This document shows, in pieces, positions 27,290-40,122 of a stretch of DNA of 64,000 nucleotides (positions within the stretch are counted from its first letter, which is position 1; every line of letters starts with the position of its first letter). Location: contig NC_043012.1 of the NCBI RefSeq assembly GCF_006345805.1, positions 12,152,001 through 12,216,000 on the forward strand, read 5' to 3'. A model generated the notes under the pieces. It made no database searches. It was not told where the DNA came from and was given only the letters and a program-made list of their open reading frames with translations. The translations under genes and the position numbers were made by a program. This DNA comes from Octopus sinensis. Lineage: Eukaryota.

Positions 27290-27431
27290 TTGTAAGTCTG
27301 TATGTATCCCCACCTCCATTGATTGACAATGGAAGTCGGTGTGTTTACGTTCCTGTAACTTAACGGTTCGACTAAAGGCGGTGATCCAAAATGGCTGCAG
27401 TCAAATGACTGAAACAAGTAAAAGAATAAAA
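27290..27431 (+). mobile_element. SINE family A, 3' fragment
   Basis: gtgtttacgt..cgactaaaggcggtg..cagtcaaatgactgaaacaagtaaaagaataaaag. Confidence 0.85.
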
Positions 27432-27696
27432 GTATATGACAGTGTATAATAAATTATTTATGTCTACACTATGCATGCTACGCATTATACAGTACAGTTG
27501 TGCAGTTCTATATTCAAGTGATGAGGAATTATGTACATTATTTACATTTGACGGATATTTGTCCTCATCTTGTGTCAGCAGCAAACAAGATGAGGACAAA
27601 TATCTGTCGAATGTAAATAATGTAAATAGAGTGCTATTGTATATTTACAAATCAGTGCAGAGAAAGAAGCATTTCATAAAATTAAAATATTTATAT

Positions 27697-27890
27697 TGGC
27701 TTCAAATTTTGGCGCAAGGTCAGCTAGATGTAATTCGATTACATCGACCTCATTACTCAACCGGTGTTCGTTTTATCACCTTTCAAAAGACGGTAGACAA
27801 ATGTCAACCATGATAGAATTTGAACTCAGAATGTAATGACGGGCGGAATGCCGCTAAGCATTTTGCCCAGCGTGCTTCCGACTCTGCCAC
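27697..27890 (-). mobile_element. SINE family C, diverged
   Basis: cgattacatcgac..gaatttgaactcagaa..ccgctaagcattttgcccagcg. Confidence 0.8.
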
Positions 27891-28209
27891 GTTACTGCTT
27901 TATAGAAGTAAAAAGGTTTATACTAAAATCTGGTTTGATGTTTACACTGATATGCATTAAACACATTGTATTCATGCAGGAATTGCCACTGGTTCACATT
28001 CATGTAGCGTTGATCTCCATGTTAAACCCACCCTCAACAACAAAAACAACCACAATCATCACAACCATAACCACCACCACCACCACCAAAGGCCATAGGT
28101 AACCAGTACCTAGAGGCTGTCTGGGTGGCTCATTGAATGCATTTTGAAGATCATCGGTTAGTCATTTTGTAGGTTTGTGTATTTTGATTAATATTATAAC
28201 TTGACAGTA

Positions 28210-28415
28210 AGATGGCGAGCTTGAGAACCGTTAGCAAGTGTACGAAATGCCTAGCCCTGTTTATTCCGGCTTTACTTTCTCAGTTCAAATTCCTCCGAGG
28301 TCGAGTTTGCCGCTCAGGATCGATACAGTTGAACACGGGGAAAGGGGTGAATATAACTGACGCGACCCCTACTCCAAAGCATCAGGCCTTGGTGCGTTTG
28401 AGAGAAAGAATTATT
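28210..28415 (+). mobile_element. SINE family C, diverged
   Basis: tggcgagc..cgttagca..gttcaaattcctccgaggtcga. Confidence 0.7.
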
Positions 28416-28519
28416 AAGTGGCATTTCCTCAGAAATGCCGAGGGCTGGTTACACAATGCTATTGACTGTGTCATAATTTGGAGTAGTTTGAGAGAATCGT
28501 TACGGAGTCGAACAAAATA

Positions 28520-29030
28520 GGTCACGGTGTTTGTTCAAGCTTTTTACAAGTTTACGATATTTCGACATCTCGTGTGTCTTCCACCCTCTTTCCATAGAAT
28601 TTGCATTTCTGGGTGTCAGAAGATTTAAAGATATTGCACTTCACTGAATTGGTAGCGAGAGTCTGATCTTGTGCATCAATGATCACACTTTCGACTGTAT
28701 GCTTCAAATCACCTCGCTCAAGCCATGCCCACGATGCTGTATTATTCTTGTGTATTCACCTTGGAAGATTCCTCCTTTTAATATTAACTTCTCCAAGGAA
28801 TACATTACTTGACCACAATTTGGTTTTTCAACTCATTCATGCTAGGCATCAGAAAGTTTGTGATGTTGTCAGCAACACCAAACATCTGCAGGCATTCAAT
28901 GATCCAAGAATGCGACACCATATTATATGCCTTCTTAAAGTCAATCCAAGCTATAGACATGATGTTTTTTACAATGCCTCAAAATTGTTTTATCGATGAC
29001 CAGATGATCCTTGGAAATTGTATGTCTTTG
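28520..29030 (-). mobile_element. R4/Dong-clade non-LTR retrotransposon remnant (RT joined to pre-zinc-finger region by internal deletion)
   Basis: Minus-strand translation across frameshifts: KDHLVIDKTIL..MSIAWIDFKKAYNMVSHSWIIECLQMFG..GEVNIKR(GIFQG), then SWAWLERGDLKHTVESVIIDAQDQTLATN..CK. These are typical R4/Dong motifs. Confidence 0.85.
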
Positions 29031-29047
29031 CTGTACATATTCCAGTT

Positions 29048-29108
<61 letters not shown>

Positions 29109-29113
29109 TTATT

Positions 29114-29650
29114 GAGTGAGAGAGCATTTCATGCCATCAAAGTGACACTGGGGTAAAATATACGAAGCCCAATATACCCGTCATGACTACCCGTCTGATA
29201 AGGGCACACCAGATACATGCATCACAACCATATGTGCGCGACATGGTGATCTCATATCAAGATAAACAGCACATGATCTTGCAGGTGGGGCCCAGTTAGA
29301 ATTTTCTTCAGGTTGAGTAGCCCATCCCGCTCAAAAGGTCCCTGAATAAGGGTTGTTTAAGGATGTTGAAAGAACCACCCATGTTTCCAGAGGTGAATTA
29401 TTCAAACCCCAAAGAATCCCTCTCAACACATGGCTATGATGCTCCCCCACTACTTCTGCTCGTGATCAGAGATGCACATATCGTCAACCACTAAGGGACA
29501 TACTCAACTGGTTAAAGTCAAACAACTGACGAGCAAATCTGTGGTGTTGAGCAGAATATTTGCTGTTGCCCATCTTTTATACCAAGACAAAACAATGTAC
29601 ATGATAACACCTCCAATCAGTTAAGATAAGAAGCCATGAGAGCCACTGCC

Positions 29651-29651
<1 letters not shown>
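29114..29651 (-). mobile_element. ~540-bp non-coding element embedded in a (TAA)n microsatellite
   Basis: Complex sequence bounded sharply on both sides by (TTA)n tracts (29078-29113 and 29651-29713). Strand is tentative. Confidence 0.6.
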
Positions 29652-29714
<63 letters not shown>

Positions 29715-29715
29715 T

Positions 29716-30272
29716 AAGGCGGCGAATTAGCAGAATCGTCTATCTTTATGTTCTGAGTTGAAATTCCGCCGAGGTCAACTTTACGTTGCTTCCTTTTGAG
29801 GTCGGTAATGTAAGTATCAGTTGAACACTGGTTTCGATATAATCAACTTATCCCCTCCCGTTCAATTACTGGATTTGGGCCAAAATTTGAAATCTTAGGT
29901 GTGTTATCAGGGAATTTAGAAAATCACGAAAAATGTCATGCGGTGTCTTCAGTGTTTGACGTTCAAATCGCGCTGAAATCAATATTGCCATTTCTTTCTT
30001 CGGATTCGATAAAGTAATGTATCAGTCTAGTGAAAACGTCTTCTCGAAATTGCTGGCCTTGTGACTGAACCAGAAGTAGTCATAATCTATGGGCTGGCGG
30101 AAGCGTTAGATCGACAAAAAAAAGACAAACAAAAGGAAAAGGGAATTTGTTCTTATGGGGAAGACATCTGCCCCATAAGAATTTGTTCTTACTCATTATG
30201 CTCTGAGTTTAAATCCTGCCGTGGACAGCTTGACACCTTATCTAAGCAGAATGGTGCAATAAAGTACCAGTG
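29716..30272 (+). mobile_element. Cluster of diverged SINE family C copies
   Basis: ggcggcgaattagcagaa..ttctgagttgaaattccgccgaggtc at 29718-29780; further fragments at 29950-30060 and 30090-30272. Confidence 0.7.
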
Positions 30273-30806
30273 AAGAAAAAGAGATTGATAGTAACCACCT
30301 AAATATTTCCTACATAATCCAGCTTTGCGTTTGAATCAGGGCCCAGTATTTTGCTTCTGGAAACTTCCTATATCATTTCCCACACGTCTCCCATTCTTTT
30401 CCATATCTGTTTATATAACACCTCACATAAATTGCTGATCGTCCTTGTAATACCCACGTGGCACTACAAGGACATTTTACAATGTTATGCCCCTGTGGGA
30501 TATATAAAAGAAATGATTATTATTATGTCAATATCTCCTTTAGTCAATAAGGAATTAAAGATATTAATAGATACTGCATCGTAACTGCTAATTCAACAAT
30601 AATAGAAATATAATAAGGACAATCATTAACAATGATATCAAAACAACTGGAGGTATGTGTGAGAATGAAAATAAATATATCAGTTTATATGTAGTACCTT
30701 CTTTAAGTTTCAGTCGAATCATATTACAAGACATCTTGGGCCGCTTATAATACCAGCTTCACAAAAAGATGATAAAACACACAATATGTACGTATGTGCT
30801 TGTATG

Positions 30807-30839
<33 letters not shown>

Positions 30840-30846
30840 ATCTATG

Positions 30847-30932
<86 letters not shown>

Positions 30933-30964
30933 GCTATCTATACGCAAACATACATACATACATA

Positions 30965-31166
30965 GGGAGAGTTTACGAAAAAAACAAAAGAAGAAGACAA
31001 GTGGTGTAGAAAACAAACAGATGTATTAGTTTAACGCTCAGGAATAGAAAGAAGTATTTTACATTTCGAGCCTAAGCTCTTCTACAGAAAGGGACACAGA
31101 AAAAAGCAAAGAGAGAAACAAGGAGAGAAAAAATGTGTGTAGTGGCTAACGATCTATCATGGCGAC
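30965..31166 (-). mobile_element. ~200-bp hammerhead-like element, copy 3
   Basis: Same termini (ATAGGGAGAG..CATGGCGAC) as 9288-9487; motif at 31054-31095. Confidence 0.85.
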
Positions 31167-31609
31167 CTACATGCACATACACACATATATATATACTATA
31201 TTAACATCGAAAAGGGATCTGCTTCCTCTAGATTAGTACTTGTATAGGAGCCACATTAGGAGATTAAAAAAAAGATAACAGCAATAACGTTAATCCACCG
31301 GGACATATAAATTACCGCACAAATTGTGGTGGAGTAAATATCCTCAGGGAGTTCGTTCATAGAGTACTGGTTTATCGATTCCCCATCGATATACGCTAGT
31401 GAAAGATGCGCACATATATGCATACATGCCCCCCCCCGCGCGCAAGCACACTCATACACACATATATACATTCATACACGCACACATACATGCATACATA
31501 CATACATACAAACATACTTACATACAAACAAACATACATACATACATACATGCATACACAGATACACAATATACGAATATATACATTCTCTACACGCAAA
31601 CACTTGCAC

Positions 31610-31678
<69 letters not shown>

Positions 31679-31714
31679 ATGTATATATATTTATTGCATA
31701 CGTACATACTCAAT

Positions 31715-32010
31715 GCCCGGGAAAAAATTTCTAGGAATTGCATATTGTCTCGGACAGAGTTTACCATTCTGCTGGAATATAATGTAATTGCAGAAGATCA
31801 TATGAGTTGGCAAATTCTTCAGAATATCCGGTGTTGTTTTAGAGTTTGTGGCTGTACCTTCAAGCATTATCCACATGAACAGCTGATTCGAGACGGCCTC
31901 CTTTCTGAGCATCATAGTTGATATGTATTGCTTGTTTCATGTGTCTGATGGACAATGCCTGAAAGGGGCATTTGCCAGTGGTTTTAGTCAATGTTCTTTA
32001 AGCCGGGTGA
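31715..32010 (-). mobile_element. Degenerate 3' end of an RTE-like LINE
   Basis: Minus-strand fragments resemble the RTE C-terminus (RHC..., KEAVSNQLFMW ~ 'E.ISDLLLW', ..RMVNSVR). Confidence 0.4.
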
Positions 32011-32024
32011 TGATCTTCGTAATA

Positions 32025-32550
32025 TTGGTTTCAAATTATGACACAAGTTCAGTAATCTCAGAGAATCGAATAAGTCGATTACAGCAACCCTAGTGTTTAA
32101 CTATTTTATCGACCCCAAAAGGATGAAAATCAAAGCTGACCTTGGCGGAATTTGAACTCAGGTCGTAAAGACGGACGAAATGCTACTGAGGATTTTGTTC
32201 GGTATGCTGACGATTCTACCAGCTGGTCGCCTTAATAATCTACGTAAAATTGAGGAGTAAACTCCTCCTCTACTTTTCATATAACTATTTCAGAGACCAG
32301 CTTTCACACTGTTGATATAAAAACCCTAGGTCATTCCTTATCCGCCGCAGCTGTCATCCTAGACATTCCAAATCATCATGATTGACATTAGTCAATAATG
32401 TTTTCTACTCTAGGCACAAATACTTCAATGTTTCACTTAATTTACTGACCCCGAAAGGTTGAAAGGCAAATTTGAACTCAGAACGTAGCAACGGGTGAAA
32501 TAGGACTAAGCATTTCGTCCAGCGTGTTAACGATTCTGCCAACTCACCAC
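32025..32550 (-). mobile_element. Two SINE family C copies (32025-32233; 32400-32550)
   Basis: gtcgattaca..atcgacccc..ggatgaaa..ggcggaatttgaactcag motifs. Confidence 0.8.
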
Positions 32551-32553
32551 CTC

Positions 32554-32604
<51 letters not shown>

Positions 32605-32960
32605 AAGAAGAAGAAGAAGAAGAAGAAGAAGAAGAAGAAGAAGAAGAAGAAGAAGAAGAAGAAATTAGAGAAAAAGTAGGAGACGGAAAAGAAAGCAAGT
32701 AAGGAGGAGGAGGAGGAGGAAAACATTGAGATGAAGAAGGCAAAGAATGAGACGAAGAAGATCAGGGAGAAAAAGAAGAAGGAAGAGGAGGAGGGGGAGA
32801 AAAAGAATGAGACGAAGAAGACAAGGAAGGAGAAGCAGTAGGAAAAGAAGGAGACGGAGAAGAAGAAGACAGGCAAAGAGAAGAAGGAGAGGTAGGAGGA
32901 GGAGAAAGAGGAGAGGAAGACGAAGAAGTGGACGGAGGCAGAGGAGGAGAAGTATAGGAA
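32554..32960 (+). repeat. (TAA)n-(GAA)n array grading into a purine-rich low-complexity tract
   Basis: Direct inspection. Confidence 0.95.
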
Positions 32961-33344
32961 TAATAATCAATTCTTATAATAATATAAAATGTATTGTCCA
33001 ATAATAGTTAAATGTGCGATATTTCTTCCGAAAATCAGTTAAGCTGACAATAATGGTTTAATCGATGTAATCCTATGTACTTTAGGTCGGATTAGGGAAC
33101 GCAGCTAAAAGTCGGAAATATGGCTGCTGTTGCTGTTGTTATAATGTTGGAACATACAACGACGGAATCGGCATGATTCTTCGTCTCGATTTCTTATTTC
33201 CTCTCTTTCTCCTGTCTCTCATTCTCCTTCATCTTCTCTACACATTTCTTGGTCTCCGAGTCATTCTTTAAGTCATTTTGCTTCTCTATGCTTCTATGTC
33301 CGATTGTATGACTGAAAGAGATCTTTCGATCTAAACTCATTTAT

Positions 33345-33540
33345 TTATTTATTGGTGACGCGACACGGCAGAGAGGCCAAGGAACTTTTCTAGATAGATA
33401 TATTACATTGTTTATATTAGGGATTCTCTTTCTGTAGCAAAACATTGCAGTGATAAGCTCTCGCTTAATCACACGTCGGAGGTCGGAGTACTTAAGTCCT
33501 GTCACTATATAACTTTGACCACTGGTCTTCAATCTTATAC
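33345..33540 (-). mobile_element. Possible Penelope GIY-YIG C-terminal remnant
   Basis: Frameshifted minus-strand fragments WSK.., CNV(C).TER..I and CR(H).NK resemble the CxLCLxEK...CRHxNK tail of PLE endonucleases. Confidence 0.35.
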
Positions 33541-33768
33541 AGGGAATCTACTTCGCCTATACAAACATACATGCATACATGCATAATACATATATACATA
33601 CATACATACATACATACATACATACATACATACATACATACGTACATATACATACACTCACACACACACACACATATATAGGAAAGGAAAAATTATAAAA
33701 GAAGAAAAAATAATAAATCATACCAGCTTTCATTACAAGGCAAATTGTCAAGATTTGGAAGGGGGAAA

Positions 33769-33811
<43 letters not shown>

Positions 33812-34122
33812 GATGTATATGTACGTGTGTATAGAAGCTAACGGAAGGAATAGCTAGTGACTGACTACAAGATATTTTACTGCTACTGCAGTATCAGATA
33901 TCCTCTACCTTCACTCTTTGCTATAATACTGCCTGGACTTACTTAGGATTTTACCAAAGAACATACAGACTAGCACCCATACCCTTGGAAATGTGAAATT
34001 TTTTTCCTTATTTCCTTAACTTTTACTCTTCTATTTCATTGATTATTATCTATGAATTTTCCATGTTTAGATCTCTTATCTGATTATTTCCATGTCTCCA
34101 CCCTTCGAATTTTTTCTATTTT

Positions 34123-34196
34123 TCTCTGATGACGGAATACCCCATATTGAGGCATACTCGCCTAACACTTGGAATATCCCGGAAACAGTTCTAAGA
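34123..34196 (+). ncRNA. Degenerate hammerhead-like motif with extended stem II
   Basis: tct-CTGATGA(34126)-cggaatacc...ggaatatcccg-GAAA(34182)-cagttc-TA-aga; stems II and III carry mismatches. Confidence 0.5.
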
Positions 34197-34249
34197 CCTC
34201 AACTAATTTAATAATAATAATTTATATGACTTGAGATGCTTGTTTTGCC

Positions 34250-34600
34250 TTGGTGGTTGTTGTCCTCTTTCACAAATATATATAAATAAATCAGGATATA
34301 TGCACATATATGACTGGCTAGATAGACATGTCCACTGGGAAATACGTAGACTTATTAAATCTGATATATAATATCCAATCTCTGACAATAGCATGGTTAC
34401 TAAATTCTGAAATTTGCTTGACAAATCTGATCAAATACAATCGTCCAGGCATCATTATTAAAGACGAGATAAAAATATCTCTGGTCTGTAGCAGCTACAA
34501 CTATATGAATGCTAATAAAAAAGAGAAAAAAATCTACTTTCCACCGAGCATGTGTAAAAACTACCGCAGAGCAAATACAAGCAGCTCGTTAAACTAAACA
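34250..34600 (+). mobile_element. R4/Dong-like LINE 3' remnant (zinc knuckle tail + RLE endonuclease)
   Basis: KSGYMHIYDWLDRHVHWEI (~EY..RHD.V...IHWELC) followed by LIKYNRPGIIIKD (~NRPDI), then NKKEKK. Confidence 0.7.
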
Positions 34601-34929
34601 ATATATTGACTATGAGCATAAAATGAATAACTTTAATAATCGCAGTGGGTTTGATAGAAACCAGTATAAGCAATAATATAATTTCATCACGTGTCTACGG
34701 TTTTACACAAAATAAGCAATAAGCAGATACTTCATTCAGTAACACATCTCACGCAATATATATTCCACACATCACAGCAAGACTACTATAAATGATTTAA
34801 CAACAAATATATTCATTAGTAGGTTCTAAAGCGTCTCCCAAGTGGTTCAACTATAGCCACAGTTTTAATCGCCATAACACTCCTCAAAATGGATTTTTAA
34901 CATAATGCTCCTGTAATATTTTGGTGGAG

Positions 34930-35255
34930 TGAAAGTGAATAATGTTGAGATCTTTATCCATTAATAAGGTCAATCGATACGAGTGAAGTCGAATGGTTCC
35001 AATTCGAAATCTCACATGGTTTGTATTTGCGCTTGCCAGTAGTGCATGAAACGTTGAAGAATTATTGCACAAGACAGATATCATCTCCTATTCCATTGTG
35101 TGTGTAGACCACTAATTCATGATGTAGAGAATGATCATCGTACTCATCTATATGGCAATGATCAAAATGGATTCATCCAACTGAGGGATCAATGTCATAC
35201 ATAAAATAAGCGTTTATCAAACAACATGGGTGGCATTGATCTGCTTGTAAACTCT
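34930..35255. mobile_element. piggyBac-like transposase traces
   Basis: Minus ORF 34884-35084 VLCNNSSTFHALL..IGTIRLH..LMDKDL (~DNFFT..LL..GTIR). Plus strand 35205-35250 ISVY/NNMGGIDLL (~YN..MGGVD). Confidence 0.45.
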
Positions 35256-36054
35256 AACTGAAGCAGATTGCGCATTCCTTATCTTGTGGGACCAATCACC
35301 ACACACTTGCTCTTACAAGTTAGAACTATAAAGCTGCTTGTTTAGCAATTCACACATCTAGAATTTGACCTGAACATTTCATCTCTAATAATTTCATTTC
35401 GACAGAGAAAATTAGCATACATAATTTCGATTGTTTTGCTTTTCACCATTTTGTGATCTAAATACCAGCAACCTCACCAAGAAGATGAGAGTGTTTCACT
35501 CACCCAGCTGGAAATAGAAGCTAGATCTCCCGTGGATCTTTTCTAAACTTAAATTACAAGAACGACGCATTAGAAGGTACAGGAATGTGTCTTTCCATTA
35601 ATTACGTTTTGGGAGAAATTCTACAGGGGATTTAACTATTATTTAGGAAAGGGTGATGGACGCTCTCTCATTCTCTGGAAGAGGCTGTTGTTATTAGCAA
35701 CACAACCAAAAAAATGGAGATAAGCAGAGCAGTTCTAAATTTTATTGATTATTTTTATTTTTGTGGAAATGAAAATGAAGGCATATGTTTCAGATATCAT
35801 TAAAGTGACGGTAGAAATGTTTCAGACCCTGCGCATTGCAACCGAGTGTTTGATATTCAAAGATCGAGCATACCTGATGCTAAACGGCGCCAACAACAGT
35901 AAAAACCTCTTGTAGACACTCATTAGCTACACCTTCCCTTTAGTTAGCTTGTTACAAATGCTTGCTTTTCGCTAGGTCCTTATGAATGATTCCCTATTGT
36001 TAATGGCTGTTCTCTACTTGATATTTATTCCACGTTAGTTAATATATAAAATGA

Positions 36055-36364
36055 TGAACATCGCCCTTCTCAAGCCTAGCCAGGCTCATGGAACCGGTTT
36101 CCCGGTTTCTGTGGCGTATGTGTTGCTCCCAGCTGGACGGGAGGCCAGTCCATCGCAGCGTTACTCAAGAAACAGGAAGAGAGAATGCGAGAAAGTTGTG
36201 GCGATAGAGTACAACAGGGGTCGCCACCACCCCCTGTCGGAGCCTCGTGGAGCTTTTAGGTGTTTTCGCTCAATAAACACACGCAACGCCCGGTCTGGGA
36301 ATCGAAACTGCGATCCTCCGACCGCGAGTCCGCTGCCCTAACCACTTGGCCATTGCGCCTCCAC
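36055..36364 (-). mobile_element. SINE family B, tail type 2 (V-domain-like GCGATGGACTGG..CCGTCCAG)
   Basis: Intact A/B boxes; TSD agttaatatata at 36037-36048 and 36365-36376. Confidence 0.9.
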
Positions 36365-37636
36365 AGTTAATATATATTGATAGCTTATAAGCAGGTCATG
36401 ATCAATAATTGTTTATTGCTAGATCATTATTGATTGATAATTGTTAGGTCATTAGTGATGCTTGTTAATGTTTGGTCCTTGTTGATAATTGTTCATTATT
36501 AGCTACTAACTGGCGATTGGTCATAGCTAAATTATTATTGATGATTGCCGAATTTAAACATTCTCTCCTCACAAAAATTTTCTATAATTTACCATTCCTG
36601 TGAAAATAAAGGCCAAACGATTAAATACTCTTAAATTTCTACAATAGCAAGAACAGCGAACTAACTTTTGAAAATCTGAAATCTTGTTCCAATGTTGTAT
36701 GCATACCGATTCGATATATTTGCAGCGTTTATAGCTAACACAGGCAACAACAGGATGGTGCGGAAAGAAAAATTGTTAAATCGTTTGTAATACCGTTAGA
36801 TGTACATAAAATAAGCTCACCAAGAAAGTCTATTTGAACGAAAGAACTAGATGTTCTGCGTTCGAATTTGTATTACACCTCCTACACACTTTTAATGACA
36901 ACAGAATAAAGAAAAAAATTATTCAATCATTAATTAGATTGACTTAGAAAAATGAACAATAGAATATGATTTTCTGGTCGTTTTTCACGTCCATAACAAA
37001 CAACCTGTGTATGAGTCAAATTCTTACTGTATTAGACATACTGTAATTTCCTAAGATGAAGACTATTCCATTGACCCTCTTCGTATTACAGTTGTCAGAC
37101 TTCAGACTTCCGTAGTTACCTTCGAACTATGGAAGACCTCACATATTGGTCTGGTGGAATGCGATACTATTTGAAGTTTTCACTTCATGGTGTGCTAACA
37201 CTTTTGCTATGATATAATCTTTTGTTGACAATTGTTATAAAATGTGGAATTTTTGTAGTTATTTCAAAAAGTACCTTCATTGTATCATCTCTACAGATTT
37301 CCATTTCTGCAAATTTACATCAACTTTTTGAACTAGTACCCTATATCAAGACCTTTAAAATTGTCACCTCATTTTCCTTCCAGGTGCATCGTTTGTCAGT
37401 TGACTTTTCTGTTAGCCGTAAATCTTTTCTTTCTATTTACTGTTTTTACTCGAACTGTTGCTCCCTGGAACTCATTATTTCATTTTCTTCTGGACAGAGA
37501 TATTCAGATCTTTAAGCTCTCTCTCGATGGATATCTTTAGAATGTAGTACACTTTCTTCCGTTTTTGAAATCCTTTAAGATACAATAACCGTAAATCTTA
37601 TTTGGGACAAAATCGTAATCGTATCGATATATATAT

Positions 37637-37698
<62 letters not shown>

Positions 37699-37766
37699 AT
37701 ATATATAATATATAAGGCACATACTATCAGGTATTATGTAAAATTAACGATGCCCATAGCATGCCT

Positions 37767-38056
37767 GTGGAGGTTAGAGCAGCAGACTCCTGGTCGAGGG
37801 ATCGTGGGTTCAAATCTAAGACCGGGCGATGTGTGTGTTTATGAGCGAAACACCTAAGCTCCACACGGCTCCGGCAGAAAGTAATGGCGAACTTCTGCTG
37901 ACTCTTTCGCCACAACTTTCTCTCACTCTTGCCTCCTGCATCTTGCAGCTCACCTGCGACGGACCGGCGTCCCGTCCAGGTGGGGAACTTATACGCCAAG
38001 GAAACCGGGGAACCGTCCTTATGAGCCAGACATGGCTCGAGAAGGAAAAAACAAAC
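37767..38056 (+). mobile_element. SINE family B, tail type 3, A-box deleted
   Basis: Colinear with 49051-49315. Confidence 0.88.
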
Positions 38057-38350
38057 ATAGCAGGCATACCTTAGACTATACGGTCGTGTGGAGATAATAT
38101 ATGCGACGAGCGATCGTTCCTTTATTTTAGAGAATGTAGTGTAGCCCACTCTGGTCTCTCGCAAAATAAAATCTCACAGAGGATAAAACTTAGTCACCTG
38201 AATGGATCAAACGTTGATAAATACGATGTAGTAGGAAAGGATGGAAGGGGACAATATTACAATATATGAGGCGTACATTTTAATGCTATCGTTACTATAT
38301 CTAAAATAAGTAGCTATATAAAGAAAAAAATAAAACAATGCAAAAATAAT

Positions 38351-38530
38351 AGCGCAGGTGTGGCTGTGTGGTAAGTACCAACCACATGGTTCCGAGTTCA
38401 GTCCCATTGCGTGGCACCTTGGCCAAGTGTCTCCTACTATAGCCACGGGCTGACCAAAGCCTTGGGCTGACCAAAGCCTTGTGAGTAGATTTGGTAGACG
38501 GAAACTGAAAGAAGCCCGTCATATATATAC

Positions 38531-38579
<49 letters not shown>

Positions 38580-38782
38580 GTCCCCACACCATCGCTTGAC
38601 GTGCGATGCTGGTGTGTTTACGTCCCCGTTACTTAGCGTTTCGGCAACAAAGAGACCGAGAGAATAAGTACTAGGTTTACAAAGAATAAGTCCTGGGGGT
38701 CGATTTGCTCGAGTAAAAGGTGGTGCTCCAGCATGACCGCAGTCAAATGATTGAAACAAGTAGAAGAATAAAAGAATAAGAG
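38351..38782 (+). mobile_element. SINE family A, near full-length
   Basis: A/B boxes, CACCTTGGCCAAGTG, internal (TG)n, AAGAATA tail; 17-bp internal duplication gggctgaccaaagcctt. Confidence 0.92.
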
Positions 38783-38989
38783 AATATGAATACGGTAATT
38801 CATTGCACGTGTTATATTTGCATGTTGCATCCGAATAAGATCTTTATTAAATGAAACACACCACACCACTGTCGTTGTAAAAGCAAAAAAAAAAGTAATG
38901 AAAAATATTAGCAATTCATGCTTTAAGATAACATATAGTGTGACGACGGCAATAGCATCGATAGCTCACATCTGTGATAGAATACTACA

Positions 38990-39530
38990 CAGACTGTGAC
39001 TGCTGCTGCTGCTGCTGTTGCTGCACCTGCAACTGCCATCGAAGCCACTCCAGTTTCCTATGATTAATAATGATACACTATTCTGCTACAGTTACTGTTG
39101 CTACCGCCACTATGGTTCTCTAGAAACTATACCCGTCTCTGCAGAAGCGTTGACAGCTAACATCAATATGGTGGAATTGCCACTTCCCGGCACCTTCAAT
39201 TAGCGTATGAACTGCTGCTGCTGTTGCTGCTTGTGCTGCTGTTTCAACAACCATTGTAGCTGCAGGTACTGCTGCTGGTGCTGCGGCTAATACAAGTGGT
39301 TAATAATGGTAACGCTGCAACCCCACCCCCCTACTGCTACCACTACTGCTACTGTTACTGCTGCTGTTACTACTACCACTACTGCCACTACTACTATTAC
39401 TATGTTATTTATTGCTGCCACCGCTACTGTGTTTTCGCTTAAGCAATATTCCGCCTCTATAATATCGTTAACTGATATGAATATGGAAATGTTGTGCATA
39501 TATTTTGCCATTGCTGCTGCTGCTGCTTTT
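38990..39530 (+). repeat. Degenerate (CTG)/(CTA)n low-complexity region
   Basis: Direct inspection. Confidence 0.8.
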
Positions 39531-39820
39531 ACAGATATTGAAGGCTTTTGTATATTTTAATGTTCAATCTGTATACGTGAGCTTGCATACACACACACAC
39601 ACACACACAATACATACATACACATATATATATATATATGTGAGTGCGAGTATCTGTGTCTGTTACAAGCTTATTTTTAGACTTTGGTTTGTATTCCACA
39701 CAGAAGCCGATATGTAGGTTGATGTCCCGTGGTGTACCACACTGGATACTGGAGTGGGGTGCGGAACTCACATGTGTGTGTGTATGGATATATGTCTTCT
39801 TTTAAGCATAAGTATATATA

Positions 39821-39911
<91 letters not shown>

Positions 39912-39924
39912 ATACATACACAGG

Positions 39925-39981
<57 letters not shown>

Positions 39982-40040
39982 CACCTACCTACCTTTCTCT
40001 CTCTTTCTTTCTCTCTCTCTCTGTATATGTATGTATATAT

Positions 40041-40085
<45 letters not shown>

Positions 40086-40086
40086 G

Positions 40087-40122
<36 letters not shown>

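Noticed and set aside
28550-28590. Minus-strand GACA..TGTC-GAAA hammerhead-like hairpin
   Set aside because: Lies within the reading frame of the R4/Dong remnant and lacks CUGANGA.
32747-33004. Protamine-like Arg-rich ORF
   Set aside because: Product of a GAA/GGA purine tract contiguous with a microsatellite.
36290-36364. tRNA gene (also at 4590-4664, 49051-49125, 54313-54385)
   Set aside because: These tRNA-like heads continue into SINE bodies with TSDs and have no proper acceptor stem or terminator.
37050-37560. Possible L1/Tx1 ORF1 relic on minus (RIPPD)
   Set aside because: A single short motif is insufficient evidence.
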